A stretch of DNA of 64,000 nt, taken from contig OZ024751.1 of the NCBI GenBank assembly GCA_964016885.1, forward strand, positions 11,408,001-11,472,000, given 5' to 3'. A model generated the notes under the pieces. It did no database searches, had not been told where the DNA came from, and was given only the letters and a program-made list of their open reading frames with translations. Made by a program: the position numbers and the translations under genes. How positions within the stretch are numbered: position 1 is the stretch's first letter; the number at the start of each line of letters is the position of its first letter. Of the stretch, positions 1-13,576 are shown in pieces. The DNA is from Eledone cirrhosa. Its lineage: Eukaryota.

Positions 1-900
1 TCAATCACACTTAGAATAGAAAATGTTGAATCGTTTTTTTTTCTTTTCTATTAAGTGATAGAATATCAGTAATGGAGTGGTTTAATAGCATCAGCGACAA
101 ACATCATTCTAAATTTCCTCCAGTTCGATATTATTGATTTTTGTACATCCATAACTGAACCACTTTTGAAAGCTTTAGCTCTATAGAACTGCATTGTACC
201 TATCAGTGGATCTGATATTAATATAATTATGCACGCAAAGGAATCCATTTTTTTCTTTTGTTCTATTCTATTTTATTTATTTATTTTTGATTTTGAGAAT
301 TCAATCTGGATAAAAAATAAATGTAGACGAAATGTTTGATGTCTCCATGTGAATATACAATAAGGCTGAACTATGCAAAATAATCTGAATTTGTTCTTTA
401 GTTTATTTGCATATAAATATTTTCTCCCTCCCTATTAAGCCTTTATAAAGACAAGTCTTTAATCTTAGGCTCTTCATCTCAAATATTATGAATACCTATG
501 AATTATATAGACTCAGAAATTATGTTATGAAATTATTTAGTAAAATAAGTTAAAGAATTACAATTGACACTACTAATCTTAGTACAATCAATTATTTTTA
601 GATATCACTTAAAATTCAAATAAGAATACATTCCGCCATTATATAAGACATAACAGAAAAGGGTTATATATCAATAAAGAATGAAGCGATCTGATCCGCC
701 TATGTTTCTATGAAACTTAATTATAAATATTAATAAACCTATTTCGCCATTTTCTTCAGATAAACCCAAGCTTCCCATTAGTAAAAGGAAACATTACCCT
801 ATAGTTCCTCTTTGTATAAAATCAGGGTGGTCACGGATAGCACGCCTTTTCTTCAAAGGTTTGCTATATCTAGGCGATTACACGGCTTCAACAAACTATC
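1..900 (+). pseudogene. Degraded reverse transcriptase of a Penelope-like element (Nematis-like)
   Basis: Manual translation across stops and frameshifts gives MEWFNSISDK..FLQFDIIDFCTSITEPLL..IIMHAKESIFF..WIKNK..MFDVSM*IYNKAELC..NLSTINY/FLDIT..YINKE. This is collinear with the PLE RT motifs FDIxxFYPSI, FDVTMGSYDGAEVC and NFLDV. Confidence 0.8.
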
Positions 901-1104
901 TCAAACTATCTCTTCTTCGACATCGGTTACCACATAAGAAGTACCATTGTTTCAAATACCGCCAACACCACAACTAACTACCCGCACCATATTGACTACC
1001 ACCACTACTGTTGCCAACACTACAAATGTCACTACTACCACCGCAACCATAGTCTCACAACTCAGTAATGCGACGTACACATAGACAGGTAGCTCATACA
1101 CACA

Positions 1105-1880
1105 CATGAACTCTCAACATATATACACATGCACACACATCATACTCACACAACGTATGAACTCACAACATACACACACATCCCTTGCACTCACAACATA
1201 CGACATATTAACTCACAACATACTCACCCAACGGATGAACTTACAACATATTCACCCAACGCATGAACTCACAACATACCCACTCAACGCGTGAACTCCC
1301 AACATATATACAACGGATGAACTTACAACATACACACACATCCCTTGCACTCACAACATACACATACAACATATGAACTCACAACATACTCACCAAACGG
1401 ATGAACTCACAACATACACACCCAACCCTTGCACTCACAACATACACATACAACATATGAACTCACAACATACTCACCAAACGGATGAACTCACAACATA
1501 CACACATACCCCTTGCACTCACAACATACACATACAACATATGAACTCACAATATACTCACCAAACGAATGAACTCACAACATACACACTCAACCCTTGC
1601 ACTCACAACATACACACTCAACGTAAAACTCACAACATACATACTCAATGGATGAACTCACAACATACACACTCAACGTATGAACTCACAACATACACAC
1701 TCAACCCTTGCACTCACAACATACACACACAAAACATCCACTCACAACATACACACACAAAACACGGACTCACAACATACACACACAAAACACGCACTCG
1801 CAACATACACACACAAAACATGCACTCACAAGATACACACACAAAACACGGACTCACAACATACACACACAAGGAGTTAC
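1105..1880. repeat. 28-bp minisatellite (core actcacaacatac) with an 84-bp higher-order trimer
   Basis: Three 28-bp unit variants alternate. The marker ccttgc recurs at about 1343, 1427, 1511 and 1595, a period of 84. Confidence 0.9.
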
Positions 1881-2079
1881 ATCACACACAACAGATACAC
1901 ACACCTGTACACACAATATACATACACAACGGTTACACGACATATTATCCACACAATATACACAGACAATGTCATGTCCAATCTTTGCCTCCATACAAAA
2001 CCTCCTTGCCATAAAGTAAGATTGTTTTCCATATCTATCTACACCAAAGCTTAACACATACACATATACGTTCAGCAGA

Positions 2080-4857
2080 TATACACACACACGTACACAC
2101 TTGTGTGAGCACACACACACACACACATACACACTTGTGTGAGCACACACACACACACGTACACACTTGTGTGCGCACACACACATACACACACGTACAC
2201 ACTTGTGTGAGCACACACACACACACACGTACACACTTGTGTGAGCACACACACACACACACACACGTACACACTTATGTGCGCATACACACACTAATAC
2301 ACTAATACACTAATACACACAAACAGGCTCACGCGTAGATACACATTTGCACATACAAACATTAATAACCACACACATGCGTACACGTACATACACATTC
2401 GAAAACACACACATACACACACACACACATGTACAGAGGCACATATACGACACATACACACATAAACAACACATACGTACACACATTATATGCACATACA
2501 ACAATATACACGCATACCACACATAAACAATAACATAAGCAAACATGACACATGCACATATACACTGAGACACACATACACATAGACACGCATACACAGA
2601 GACACACTAATACACTGAGACAAACATACACAGAGACACACACATATACAGAGGCACACATACACAGAGACACACACATACACAGAGACACACATACACA
2701 GAGACACACACATATACTGAGACACACATACACGGAGACACACATACACAGAGACACACATGCAGTGAGACACACATACACAGAGACACACACATACACT
2801 GAGTCACATACATACACAAAGACACACACATACACAGAGTAACACATACACAGAAACACACATACACAGAGGCACACATACACAGAGACACACACATACA
2901 CTGAGACACACATACACTGAGACACACATACACAGAGTAACACATACACAGAGACACACATACACTGAGTAACACATACACTGAGTCACACACATACACA
3001 GAGACACACACATACAGAGTAACACATACACAGAGTAACACATACACTGAGTCACACATATACACTGAGTCACACACATACACTGAGTAACACATACACT
3101 GAGTAACACATACACTGAGACACACACATACACTGAGTAACACACATACACTGGGTAACACATACACTGAGTAACACATACACTGAGTAATACATACACT
3201 GAAACACACGCATACACTGAGTAACACACATCCACTGAGTAACACATACACTGAGTCACACACATACACTGGGTAACATATACACTGAGTAACACATACA
3301 CTGAGACACACAGACACTGAGTAACACATACACTGAGTAATACATACACCGAGACACACACATATACACAGACACACACACACAGAGACACACATACGGA
3401 GACTCACATACACAGAGACACACATACACAGAGACATACATACAGAGACACATACACAGAGTAACACATACACAGAGACACATACACAGACTCACATACA
3501 CACAGACACACATACACAGAGTAACACATACACAGAGACACACATACACAGTCACGCATACACTGAGTCACACGTACACAGAGACACACATACAGAGACA
3601 CACACATACACAGAGTGACACATAGAGACATAAGCCCACACATACATAGAGTCACGCATAGAGACATAATCACTCACATACACATAGTGACACATAGATA
3701 CATAAGCACACACATACCCAGAGTGACACAGTGAGACATAAGCGCACACATACACAGAGTGACACAGAGAGACAGGCACACAGATACACATAGTGACACA
3801 TAGAGACATAAGCACACACAAACACAGAGTGACACATAGAGTCATAATCACACACATACACAGAGTGACACATAGAGACAGGCACACACACATACACATA
3901 GTGACACAGAGACATAAGCACACACACATACACAGCGTGGCACAGAGAGACAGGCACACAGATACACAGAGTGACACATAGAGACATAAGCACACACATA
4001 CACAGAGTGACACATAGAGACAGGCACACACATACACATAGTGAAACGGAGACATAAGCACACACACATACACTGCGTGGCACAGAGAGACAGGCACAAA
4101 GATACACAGAGTGACACACAGAGACATAAGCACACACATACACAGTGACATATAGAGACAGACACACACACATACACATAGTGACACAGAAACATAAGCA
4201 CACACACATACACAGCGTGGCACAGAGAGACAGGCACACACATACACAGAGTGACACATAGAGACATAAGCACAGACACACATACACAGAGTGACACAGA
4301 GACATAAAGCACACACATACACAGAGTGACACATAGAGACATAAGCACACACATACATAGAGTGACACATAGAGACATAAGCACACACACATACACAGAG
4401 TGGCACATAGAGACAGGCACACACACATACACATAGTGAAACAGAGACATAAGCACACACACATACACAGAGTGACACATAGAGACATCATCACACACAT
4501 ACACATAGTGTCACAGAGACATAAGCACACACATACACAGTGACACAGAGACATAAGCACACACACACATAGACAGAGTGACATAGAGACATTAGCACAC
4601 ACATATAAACACATAGACATAAGCACACATATTCTCAGAGTGACACATAGAGACATCATCACACACATACACATAGTGACACAGAGACATAAGCACACAC
4701 ACATACACATAGTGACACAAAGAGACATAAGCACACACACATACACAGAGTTGTACATAGAGACATGAGCTCACACACACATACACATAGTGACAGAGAC
4801 ATAAGCACACACACACATAGACAGAGTGACATAGAGACATTAGCACACACACATAAA
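2080..4857. repeat. Series of (CA)n-derived minisatellites
   Basis: Successive unit types: acacgtacacacttgtgtgagc, then gagacacacatacaca / ctgagtaacacataca, then gtgacacatagagacataagcacacacatacacaga. Confidence 0.9.
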
Positions 4858-4858
4858 C

Positions 4859-5063
4859 TGTTTCTACTTTAGGCACAAGGCCAGCAATTACCCAGTGCAT
4901 TACTGGTACTTTATTTTATCGACCCCGTAAGGATGAAAGGCAAAGTCAACCTCGGCGGGATTTGAACTCAGATCGTAAAGGGACGTAACTATGCTGGAAA
5001 GCATGGCGTCCGACTCTCCACCGATACTGCCAATCCACCGCCCTTACTGCCAATCCACCGCCT
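4859..5063 (-). mobile_element. tRNA-derived SINE (short form) with 19-bp target-site duplication
   Basis: A-box-like tggcagtatcgg, B-box gagttcaaatcc and central ctttgcctttcatccttacggggtcgataaaataaagtaccag. Flanked by ttagcacacacacataaac at 4840-4858 and 5064-5082. Confidence 0.9.
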
Positions 5064-5289
5064 TTAGCACACACACATAAACATAGAGACATAAGCACAC
5101 ATATACACAGAGTGACACATAAGCATGCTAATGTTGATGGCGGTCCCTAGACAGACTGCGGTGTCTGTGGTACACCGCAACACCACAGCTAAACCGAGAC
5201 GTCTCACATCCCGTCCATGTAATCCATCAACTAATTTTGGCCGCGAGCACGTCAAAAATAAGGCTACACACAGACACACACACACTCAT

Positions 5290-5343
5290 ATATGAGTGTG
5301 TGTGTATATATGTATGAATGTATGTGTATACATAGATATACAT

Positions 5344-5381
<38 letters not shown>

Positions 5382-5741
5382 TCATATTTATATATATATA
5401 TATGTATATATATATGTATAAATGTATATTCATATATATATATATTAATATTAATATATATATACGTATGAATGTATATACATATATATATATATGTATA
5501 TATGTATATATATATATATTTATATATATTAATATATATATGTATGAATGAATATATATATATATATATAATGTATGTATATGTATATATATATACATAT
5601 ATATATTAATGAATATATATATATATGTGTATATATATTAATGTATATTTGTATATATATATATGAATATATGTATGAATGTATGTGTATATAGATATAT
5701 ATTAATATATATATGTGTATATATGAATATATGTATGAATG

Positions 5742-5777
<36 letters not shown>

Positions 5778-5823
5778 TAGATATATATACATACAAAGAT
5801 GTATATATATATACGCACACACA

Positions 5824-5907
<84 letters not shown>

Positions 5908-5935
5908 TATATATACATACACATGTACACATTCA
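5290..5935. repeat. Compound (TA)n/(TATG)n microsatellite, representative of many such tracts in the window
   Basis: Direct inspection. Confidence 0.95.
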
Positions 5936-6102
5936 CACACTCTGCCTCGTTATTTTATTCTTTGAGTAGATATTTTATTATTATTTTGTATTGTTATTTT
6001 TTTGTGCATTTTTTTTTCTCCATTTTCTGCATTATTGTTCCTTCTTAATCCCTTTCCTTCCCGAATTTTCCCTATTGTTTCATCCAGCCCCAATATCAGC
6101 CC

Positions 6103-6144
<42 letters not shown>

Positions 6145-6435
6145 ACTCCGTCAGCTTGTCTGTCTGACTGCCGGACTGCCAGTGTGTCTGTCTGCCTGCA
6201 CGGCCATCTCCTGTCGCTTCATCATTATCACCATACCTTGTCTCTTTAGTTGTCCATCTCAATACATAATTCATCATCACTCTTACTCGCCGTCTTCCCT
6301 GCGCCCCTGCACTCCTATCCTTCACCACTCCACCTCTGCACCCCTGCACCACCCCACCTCCTCCCAGTTTTGTCTCAATTTTCCGAACCTCCGTCTACAT
6401 ATCCATATAATTATATCTATCTACTTATCTATCTA

Positions 6436-6492
6436 TAAACTTCCCCCTTTGTATTTGTCTCCTTCATTTGTGCCCCTGTGGCTAATAACGAA
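6436..6492 (+). mobile_element. Short 3' tail of a Tx1/L1-like LINE in an (ATCT)n tract
   Basis: aaacttccccctttgtatttgtctccttcatttgtgcccctgtggctaataa is nearly identical to about 56552-56603. Its end resembles the end of the Tx1-like copy at 17126-17493. Confidence 0.6.
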
Positions 6493-6678
6493 ACATATCT
6501 ATCTATCTATCTATCTAACTACCTACTTCTCTATCTATCTACCCCTCTATCTAACTATCTATCACTCTCTCTCTCTCTTTTTCTCTATCGCCCATCTCTA
6601 TTTCTCTATCGCCCATCTCTCTCTCTCTATCGCCCATATCTCTCTCTCTATCGCCCATCTCTCTCTCTCTATCGCCCA

Positions 6679-6730
<52 letters not shown>

Positions 6731-7142
6731 ATATATATATACACTCACCCACTATATGTACGTATATATATATATATCTATATCTATATATATATGAACG
6801 GGCATATATATTGTAACATACAAGCACCTACAAATGTGTGCACATATAAAGACCATTCTCCTTCAAATCATATTGGACAATGTTAAAAGACGACAATGAA
6901 GGATAGAGTCACGTACAGAGAATCTTTGATCAGAGGTTGGTCCAATCACAACTGACCTACAGCAATAACAATAAGAATAACTAATAAACTCACGCAAATC
7001 CAAGTGTGGGGCGACATTATAGTCGCTAGTTTTAACGGCAGTTATATTCTGATATTTCATAACTTTTCCAGATAAATGTCATATAATAAATAGAAGAACG
7101 ACATGAAACTCGAAAAAAATTCTAATGTATATATATATATAC

Positions 7143-7202
7143 AAGGGCGGTGCCCCAGCATGGCCTCAGACGGATGGCTGAAACAGGTAAAAGAGTAAAA
7201 GA

Positions 7203-7204
<2 letters not shown>
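7143..7204 (+). mobile_element. 3' end fragment of a common octopus SINE/LINE
   Basis: ggcggtgccccagcatggcc...ctgaaacaggtaaaagagtaaaagag with a short tandem tail. Recognised from recall of octopus repeats, not from a database search. Confidence 0.6.
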
Positions 7205-7233
<29 letters not shown>

Positions 7234-7465
7234 AATATATATGAAAAGGCTGAATGCACGGTGTGGTATATACATACATACAAACACACACTCACACTCA
7301 CACACGCACTCATATATATATATATATGAATGTATGTTGAGTATATTTGGCAATATACTGTATGTTTAATTAAAAATATTTAGAAGATCTGAGTTTTAAA
7401 ATAGTGACTACGTCACTTACTTAATCTCGGCAAAAGTAACAGATATTGTATATATATATATATAA

Positions 7466-7580
7466 TCTCTGATGATATGGGATCGATTGTGCATTGGATA
7501 TCGATTGCTCTACTAAATATATAATATTATAGATGTAGCGAGATCTAGGCAAATAGATGTCTATTGAAACGTACGTAAGA
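7466..7580 (+). ncRNA. Type I hammerhead ribozyme motif with long stem II insertion
   Basis: tct-CTGATGA-tatgg...ctatt-GAAA-cgtacg-TA-aga. Core is intact and stem III is minimal and palindromic, but stem I has only 3 bp. Confidence 0.6.
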
Positions 7581-7624
7581 ACCGAATAAATCTCTTTTAC
7601 TGCATCTTTCTGTTCTTTTTAATT

Positions 7625-7682
<58 letters not shown>

Positions 7683-8200
7683 GTACAGGATATTCGAAGT
7701 TCGATCAGCAGCTAAACCAACGAATGCCTTCAGCAGTGCAGCCAAGCACTCGACAAGGTATAGACCTCAGAGTAATAACATACAGTTTAAAGGGCTTCGT
7801 AAATTGAAAATAGCAACGCTAATTCAGCCGGGTGATCTGTAGCAACGAAAGAACTGACTTGTGAGAAAAGGAAATACACACACACACATACATACACACA
7901 CATACATATATATATATGCATATTAAAATATACATACATACATATATGCCCATATCTGTATATATAACATACCTGGACCGCACTTGGAAATTACTGAATA
8001 TCCAAGTGAGGTTTCTGTAAATCCGAAATCATCAAAATCTGCTTGAGGTGTATACAAGTTAGGTTTCTGGAAGATCGAACAGAGGAATTTACTTTCTCAA
8101 CAGGCTTTCGTTCTAACCCAAAACCCGGTGTGAAGCACATGTTACTCCAAAGGGAGGTAACCCCGGTTTCAGGCGGTCAATTCAAAAATAATGGGCAATG

Positions 8201-8226
<26 letters not shown>

Positions 8227-8231
<5 letters not shown>

Positions 8232-8416
8232 AAGGAAATGTGGTAAGGAACCAGGTGGACCATAACGCACCAAAGTACTCAATACTTGGGGTAGTAGAGT
8301 GGGTAATAGGAACAAGTAAGACCCCGACGGCTGAGCTCAAGCCGTTTCGACGGCTAATTCTGTACTGAATTAGCCGTCGAAACGGCTTGAGCTTAGCCGT
8401 CGGGGTCTCACTTGTT

Positions 8417-8420
<4 letters not shown>
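8227..8420 (-). mobile_element. Truncated PLE-type terminus with fold-back hairpin (8307-8420) carrying the 3' half of a hammerhead
   Basis: Near-perfect inverted repeat; both arms read GAAA-cggc...gccg-TC-ggggtc. A related copy lies at 41784-41900. Flanked by (TA)n. Confidence 0.65.
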
Positions 8421-8478
<58 letters not shown>

Positions 8479-8489
8479 ATCTGTATATA

Positions 8490-8528
<39 letters not shown>

Positions 8529-8529
<1 letters not shown>

Positions 8530-8716
8530 CTTTGCCTTTCATCCTTACGGTAGAGGGTCGGACGCCATGCTTTCCAGCATAGTTACGTCCCTTTGCGGTC
8601 TGAGTTCAAATCCCGCCGAGGTTAACTTTGCCTTTCATCCTTACGGGGTCGATAAAATAAAGTACCAGTAATACACTGGGTTATTGCTGGCCTTGTGCCA
8701 AATGAAGAAACAATTA
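8529..8716 (+). mobile_element. tRNA-derived SINE with an internal fragment fused at the 5' end
   Basis: Matches the other SINE copies. actttgcctttcatccttacgg is duplicated in front of the truncated head. Confidence 0.85.
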
Positions 8717-8798
8717 TGTGTCTTCCAAAAACAAAATACAAAGTACAACTTCGATATCTTCAACTACATTGATAATGAAAGGTAAAGTTACTTTCGAG

Positions 8799-9136
8799 GA
8801 TGATGATGATGATGATGATGGTGGTGATGATGATGGTGGTGATGATAGTGATGATAGTGATGATGATGATGATGGTGGTGGTGATGATAGTGATGATAGT
8901 GGTGATGATGATGATGGTGGTGGTGGTGGTGATGATAGTGATGATAGTGGTGATGATGATGATGGTGGTGGTGGTGGTGATGATAGTGATGATAGTGGTG
9001 ATGATGATGATGATGATTATGAAGATGGTGATATTGATTGTGATGACAGTGATGTGGATGATGGTGGTGATGATGATGGCGATGATGATGATGATGATGA
9101 TGTTGATTGTGATGATGGTGGGGGTGATGATGATGG

Positions 9137-9171
<35 letters not shown>

Positions 9172-9659
9172 TTGATTGTGATGATGGTGGGGGTGATGAT
9201 GGTGGTGATGATGATGGTGATGCTGATGATGATGTTGATTGTGATGATGGTGGGGGTGATGATGATGGTGATGATGATGGTGATGCTGATGATGATGACT
9301 ATGTTGATTGTGATGATGGTGGGGTGATGATGATGGTGATGATGAAGATGATGATGATGTTGATTGTGATGATGGTGGGGAGGGGGGTGATGATGGTGGT
9401 GATGATGGTCATCCTTATCGGTAGGACGACGATAATAACCGTGATGATATTGTTGATGATGCTGATGATGATGATGGTGATGGTGATGATGATGATGATG
9501 ATGATGTTGATAATGTTGATAATGTTGATGATGAGGGTGATGATGGGGGATGGTGGCGATAATGATATTGTCATTGAGAGGGGATGACGGTGGTGGCAGT
9601 GTTGTTTTGTGGGGATAATGTGGGTAGGGGTTGTCACATCATGATGGTGCATTCATTGC

Positions 9660-9700
<41 letters not shown>

Positions 9701-9780
9701 ATGATGATGATGATGGGGCTGATGCGTCTGCTGCTGTTTACCTTACCACCATGCTGATGCTGATGATGGTAATCATGGCT
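8799..9780. repeat. (GAT)n/(GGT)n/(GCT)n low-complexity tract
   Basis: Direct inspection. Source of the poly-D and poly-M ORFs. Confidence 0.9.
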
Positions 9781-10052
9781 ACTGCTTCAATGATGGTGGC
9801 GGGGAGGAAGTAAACCAACGTTACACAGACACTGCATCAGTTATAAGGTCTACTCCATTACTTATTTAAAACTCAATTTATATCCCTCAACAAACATCGC
9901 GTTCATAATTAGTATTAGAGCATTGGTGATGATGATGATGATGATGTTGGGGGAGATGATGATGATGATGATGATGAGGTTGGGGGAGATGATGATGATG
10001 ATGATGATGATGATGTGAAGGAGGACGACGATGATGATGATGAAGATGAAGC

Positions 10053-10098
<46 letters not shown>

Positions 10099-10102
<4 letters not shown>

Positions 10103-10566
10103 TTTTCTAGTATAGGCACAAGGCCAGTAATCTGGGGGAGGGGCAACTCGATTAAATCGACCCCAGTACATTACTGCTACTCTATTTTATCGACCTCGTC
10201 AGGATGAAAGCAAAGTTAACCTCGGTGAGTTCAAATCCCGCCGAGATTAACTTTGCCTTTTCATCCTTACGGGGTCGACGAAATAGAGTACCAGTCACGC
10301 ACTGGGTTCGATTTCATCGACATTCCCCTCCCCCAAAATTGCTGGCCTTGAGCCAAAAGTAGAAACCAATAATAATAAAAATTGTTTCTACTTTTGGCAC
10401 AAGGCCAGCGATTACCCAATGCATTACTGGTACTTTATTTTATCGACCCCGTAAGGAGGAAAGGCAAAGTTAACCTCGGCGGGATTTGAACTTAGACCAT
10501 AAAGGGACGTAACTCTATGCTGCAAAGCATGGCGTCCGACACTCTACCGATACTGCCAATCCACCT
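10099..10566. mobile_element. SINE cluster: inverted pair of headless long-form copies plus a full short-form copy on the minus strand
   Basis: 10100-10225 (-) is joined to 10226-10367 (+). A full copy occupies 10381-10566 (-). Embedded in (AAT)n. Confidence 0.85.
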
Positions 10567-10739
10567 AATAATAATAAGAAGAAGAAAAATGTTAATAAGT
10601 ACTTTTGTGTTCCACAATAGTGAAACATGAGGAGATATTCGAAACCGAAATTATTAAAACTGTTTAGTGTTTCGTGGAATCGATTATGGAAAGAAATCGG
10701 CCTGGATAATAATAATAATAATCCAAGTAAAATATACAT

Positions 10740-11540
10740 ATTGTTAGCAACGCAGGGCTTACATTAGGAGAATGTAAGCCCTGCGTTGGGAAGGGAAAAC
10801 GTTTCACAACAAAGACCAAAAATAAACATTAAAAACATCAAGCATAACAAAATCCCCCAAAGTGGGGGTACCTACGAGGGTCACGTGTGGAGAAAGCCCA
10901 CAAAAAAGCCATCGTAACCTTGCGTGCTAGAACAAGTGCATACTCAGAGCGAGCCCATTCACTCGGACCATGCTTGCATCTCACACCCATCTTTTAACAA
11001 ACTGGTTAGGAGGCAGCATTTTCCTCTTCCCTCTGGTGAAACATGTAAAAGTTAATTAGGGATTCGTGGAAGAGGAAAATGCTTGTATTCAACGCTTTCA
11101 AACATGTCCACCACATGTACCATTTCACCACGGCTACCTGGCAGATACAATTACCTGTCCTTCCCCTCTAAAAGAAGACGGCGGAGTGATCTTCACTCAG
11201 TTCATAGTCGGTTCCGTCCCACACGTGACAGTATGTACACGCAGAAGTCAGCAATGCTTGGACACTCGATAAGTCCGTGCACGATGGTTTCCTCGCCCTG
11301 GACCAATTTCGGGCAGGCGCGGCTGACGACACTTCCATGTCTGTAGAGTTTATCTCAGACTAGCAAAGTTCCTCGGTAGCACTGTTGGGCACGGGATTTC
11401 TGGATGCTATCCATGGGACCTGAACTGAAAAAGAGTCTGGCCAGAGTCTCGCCAAGAACTTCAACGTCTTTACCGGACACTAAATATCTATGTAAAGCTA
11501 AGGTGGTTTTTCCACCGATTGACCAGGCACTCCCCCATGT
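10740..11540 (-). mobile_element. 5'-truncated degraded Tx1/L1-like LINE (ORF2 C-terminal zinc finger and 3' UTR)
   Basis: Minus-strand translation QQCYRGTLLV*DKLYRHGSVVSRACPKLVQGEETIVHGLIECPSI (zf-RVT-like), then PPNQFVKR..ASMVRVNGLAL. Homologous to 17126-17493. Confidence 0.8.
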
Positions 11541-11747
11541 ATATATATATATATATATATAATAAAAGTATGTGTTCCTACATGTAAATAATACACATAG
11601 AGATACAAGTATAGTCCGACCGTATGCAAGCCTAGTTCAATGGCAAGTTAATAAATTAACAAGCCAGAACATATAAAATCAAGGGAAAGCAAATAAAGAA
11701 AAAAATGTTAAATAAATTTCAAAAAATTCACTCTACTTACTATATGT

Positions 11748-11829
11748 GCCTTTACCGCGGTTTCAGATCCCAAAACGAATAGATGATCCAAGCAGATTCA
11801 CATTGAGAAAATGATCCTCGTCAGAAGGC
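11748..11829 (-). ncRNA. Type I hammerhead ribozyme inside an inverted-repeat module (arms 11671-11732 and 11860-11921)
   Basis: gcctt-CTGACGA-ggatc...gatct-GAAA-ccgcgg-TA-aaggc. Intact core, 5-bp stem I, palindromic stem III. Confidence 0.85.
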
Positions 11830-11932
11830 TTTTCTCTCTCGGAGAATATACGTAAGTCCAGTGAATTTTTTGAAATTTATTTTCAAATTTTTTCTTTATT
11901 TGCTTTCCCTTCATTTTATATATATATATAGC

Positions 11933-12118
11933 AATGGCTTCTACCGGATTAGAACCCTTTCATTCGTGAGAAATCTTTAGGAAAGCTTTCCTGATAATTT
12001 CTCCCGTATGAAACAGTTCTAGTCCTGTAGAAGCCATTTCTATATTAAATATTTATACTCTGCTATATATTGAGTACTTTACTCACTGTAGTTACCCCCG
12101 ATTCAATCCGGGATAAAC
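11933..12118 (+). mobile_element. Palindromic double-hammerhead short element, family A copy 1
   Basis: Fold-back centred on aagctt. Right arm gctttc-CTGATAA-...-GAAA-cag..ctg-TA-gaagc has a mutated core. Shares the tail tattgagtac...ccgattcaatccggga with the other copies. Confidence 0.75.
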
Positions 12119-12245
12119 ATATATATATATATATATGATCGAAGGCTTTCCAACCGTGATGATCCCATCATATATACAGACTTTTCTACAAATCTGCTTA
12201 TCTACGCTAGTTGGTATGGCTTGGCCCAGCCTTCCATGATTGAAC

Positions 12246-12310
<65 letters not shown>

Positions 12311-12990
12311 ATGGAAGGCATTCCAAACGTGGTCATCCCATCATATAGACAGAATGTACAACTAATCTACCCTTGTTTCATTCCATATTTAAAGGGAAGA
12401 TACTATGATTTAAGAAAGGTTTTCTATCAATTTTAGCACGTAGTTCGACCCCATAGAAGGCGTAGTCAGTGGCATAAAATTCGGCTAATAAGTCAAATTC
12501 GATCATTATCGAATCGAAGTCTCAATTACACAAGTAACTGTCATGGATTTAATGGTCGATTCCTACAAATATATACCGCAGCAACGATATTGTTTTGTAG
12601 CTTACCAAATTATGAAATAATAATTATATTTTTCGAACGATAATATCGAAAATAATGTTCGGAATTATTACAGAAAGAGAAGGAGAATAGAAGAACTAAA
12701 CAGACTACAGCAAATAAAATGATATAGAAATAAATAAAGAAACGAAGAAATAGATGTGGAGTAAAATAAGTGGCAGGCTGGCTGGTAGTTAAGTAATAAA
12801 TTAGATATAATATTCAAGTTGTAGTTGGTTGACAAGACAGATACATACTTACACACACAGACATATACATATTATATATATATATATACGTGTGTATATA
12901 TATATATATAAATGTGTGTATTTATACATATAAGTTTGAGTGTATATATATATTTGTATATATATATATACATATATATATATACATATG

Positions 12991-13022
<32 letters not shown>

Positions 13023-13080
13023 CATTATATATATATATACATATATATATATATACATATGAATATATATATATATAATG

Positions 13081-13170
<90 letters not shown>

Positions 13171-13576
13171 CATTATATATATATATACATATGTATATAT
13201 ATATATATATATATATAATAGATAGATATATAGATAGATAGACACATATATATATATGTATGTGTGTGTGTACAACATATATGTATATATATGTAGTAAG
13301 ATTGTATGTGTGTATATATAATCATGGGGCCAATTTAGGATACAGAGAGGTGTGTGGTGGAAGAACGGTAAAGTGCGAGAATTATTGAGAAAATGATACA
13401 TTTATGGTGACACATAGAATCCAATCAGAATCAAAACCTGAACATAAATCGGTTTATAAAATCTATGGTTTGTGAATCTACCTCTTCTTTTAAAAACACG
13501 TCCTTCAGATTTTCTCTCTTTTTGTAATTGTCTTCGATGGTTTTTCTTGTTCTTTCTGTCTCTATGATATTACTAT

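Noticed and set aside
66-248. 60-aa minus-strand ORF
   Set aside because: It is the antisense shadow of the degraded PLE RT on the plus strand.
4859-5063. tRNA genes suggested by A/B boxes
   Set aside because: The A-B spacing is too long, no cloverleaf is evident, and the boxes always continue into the SINE body.
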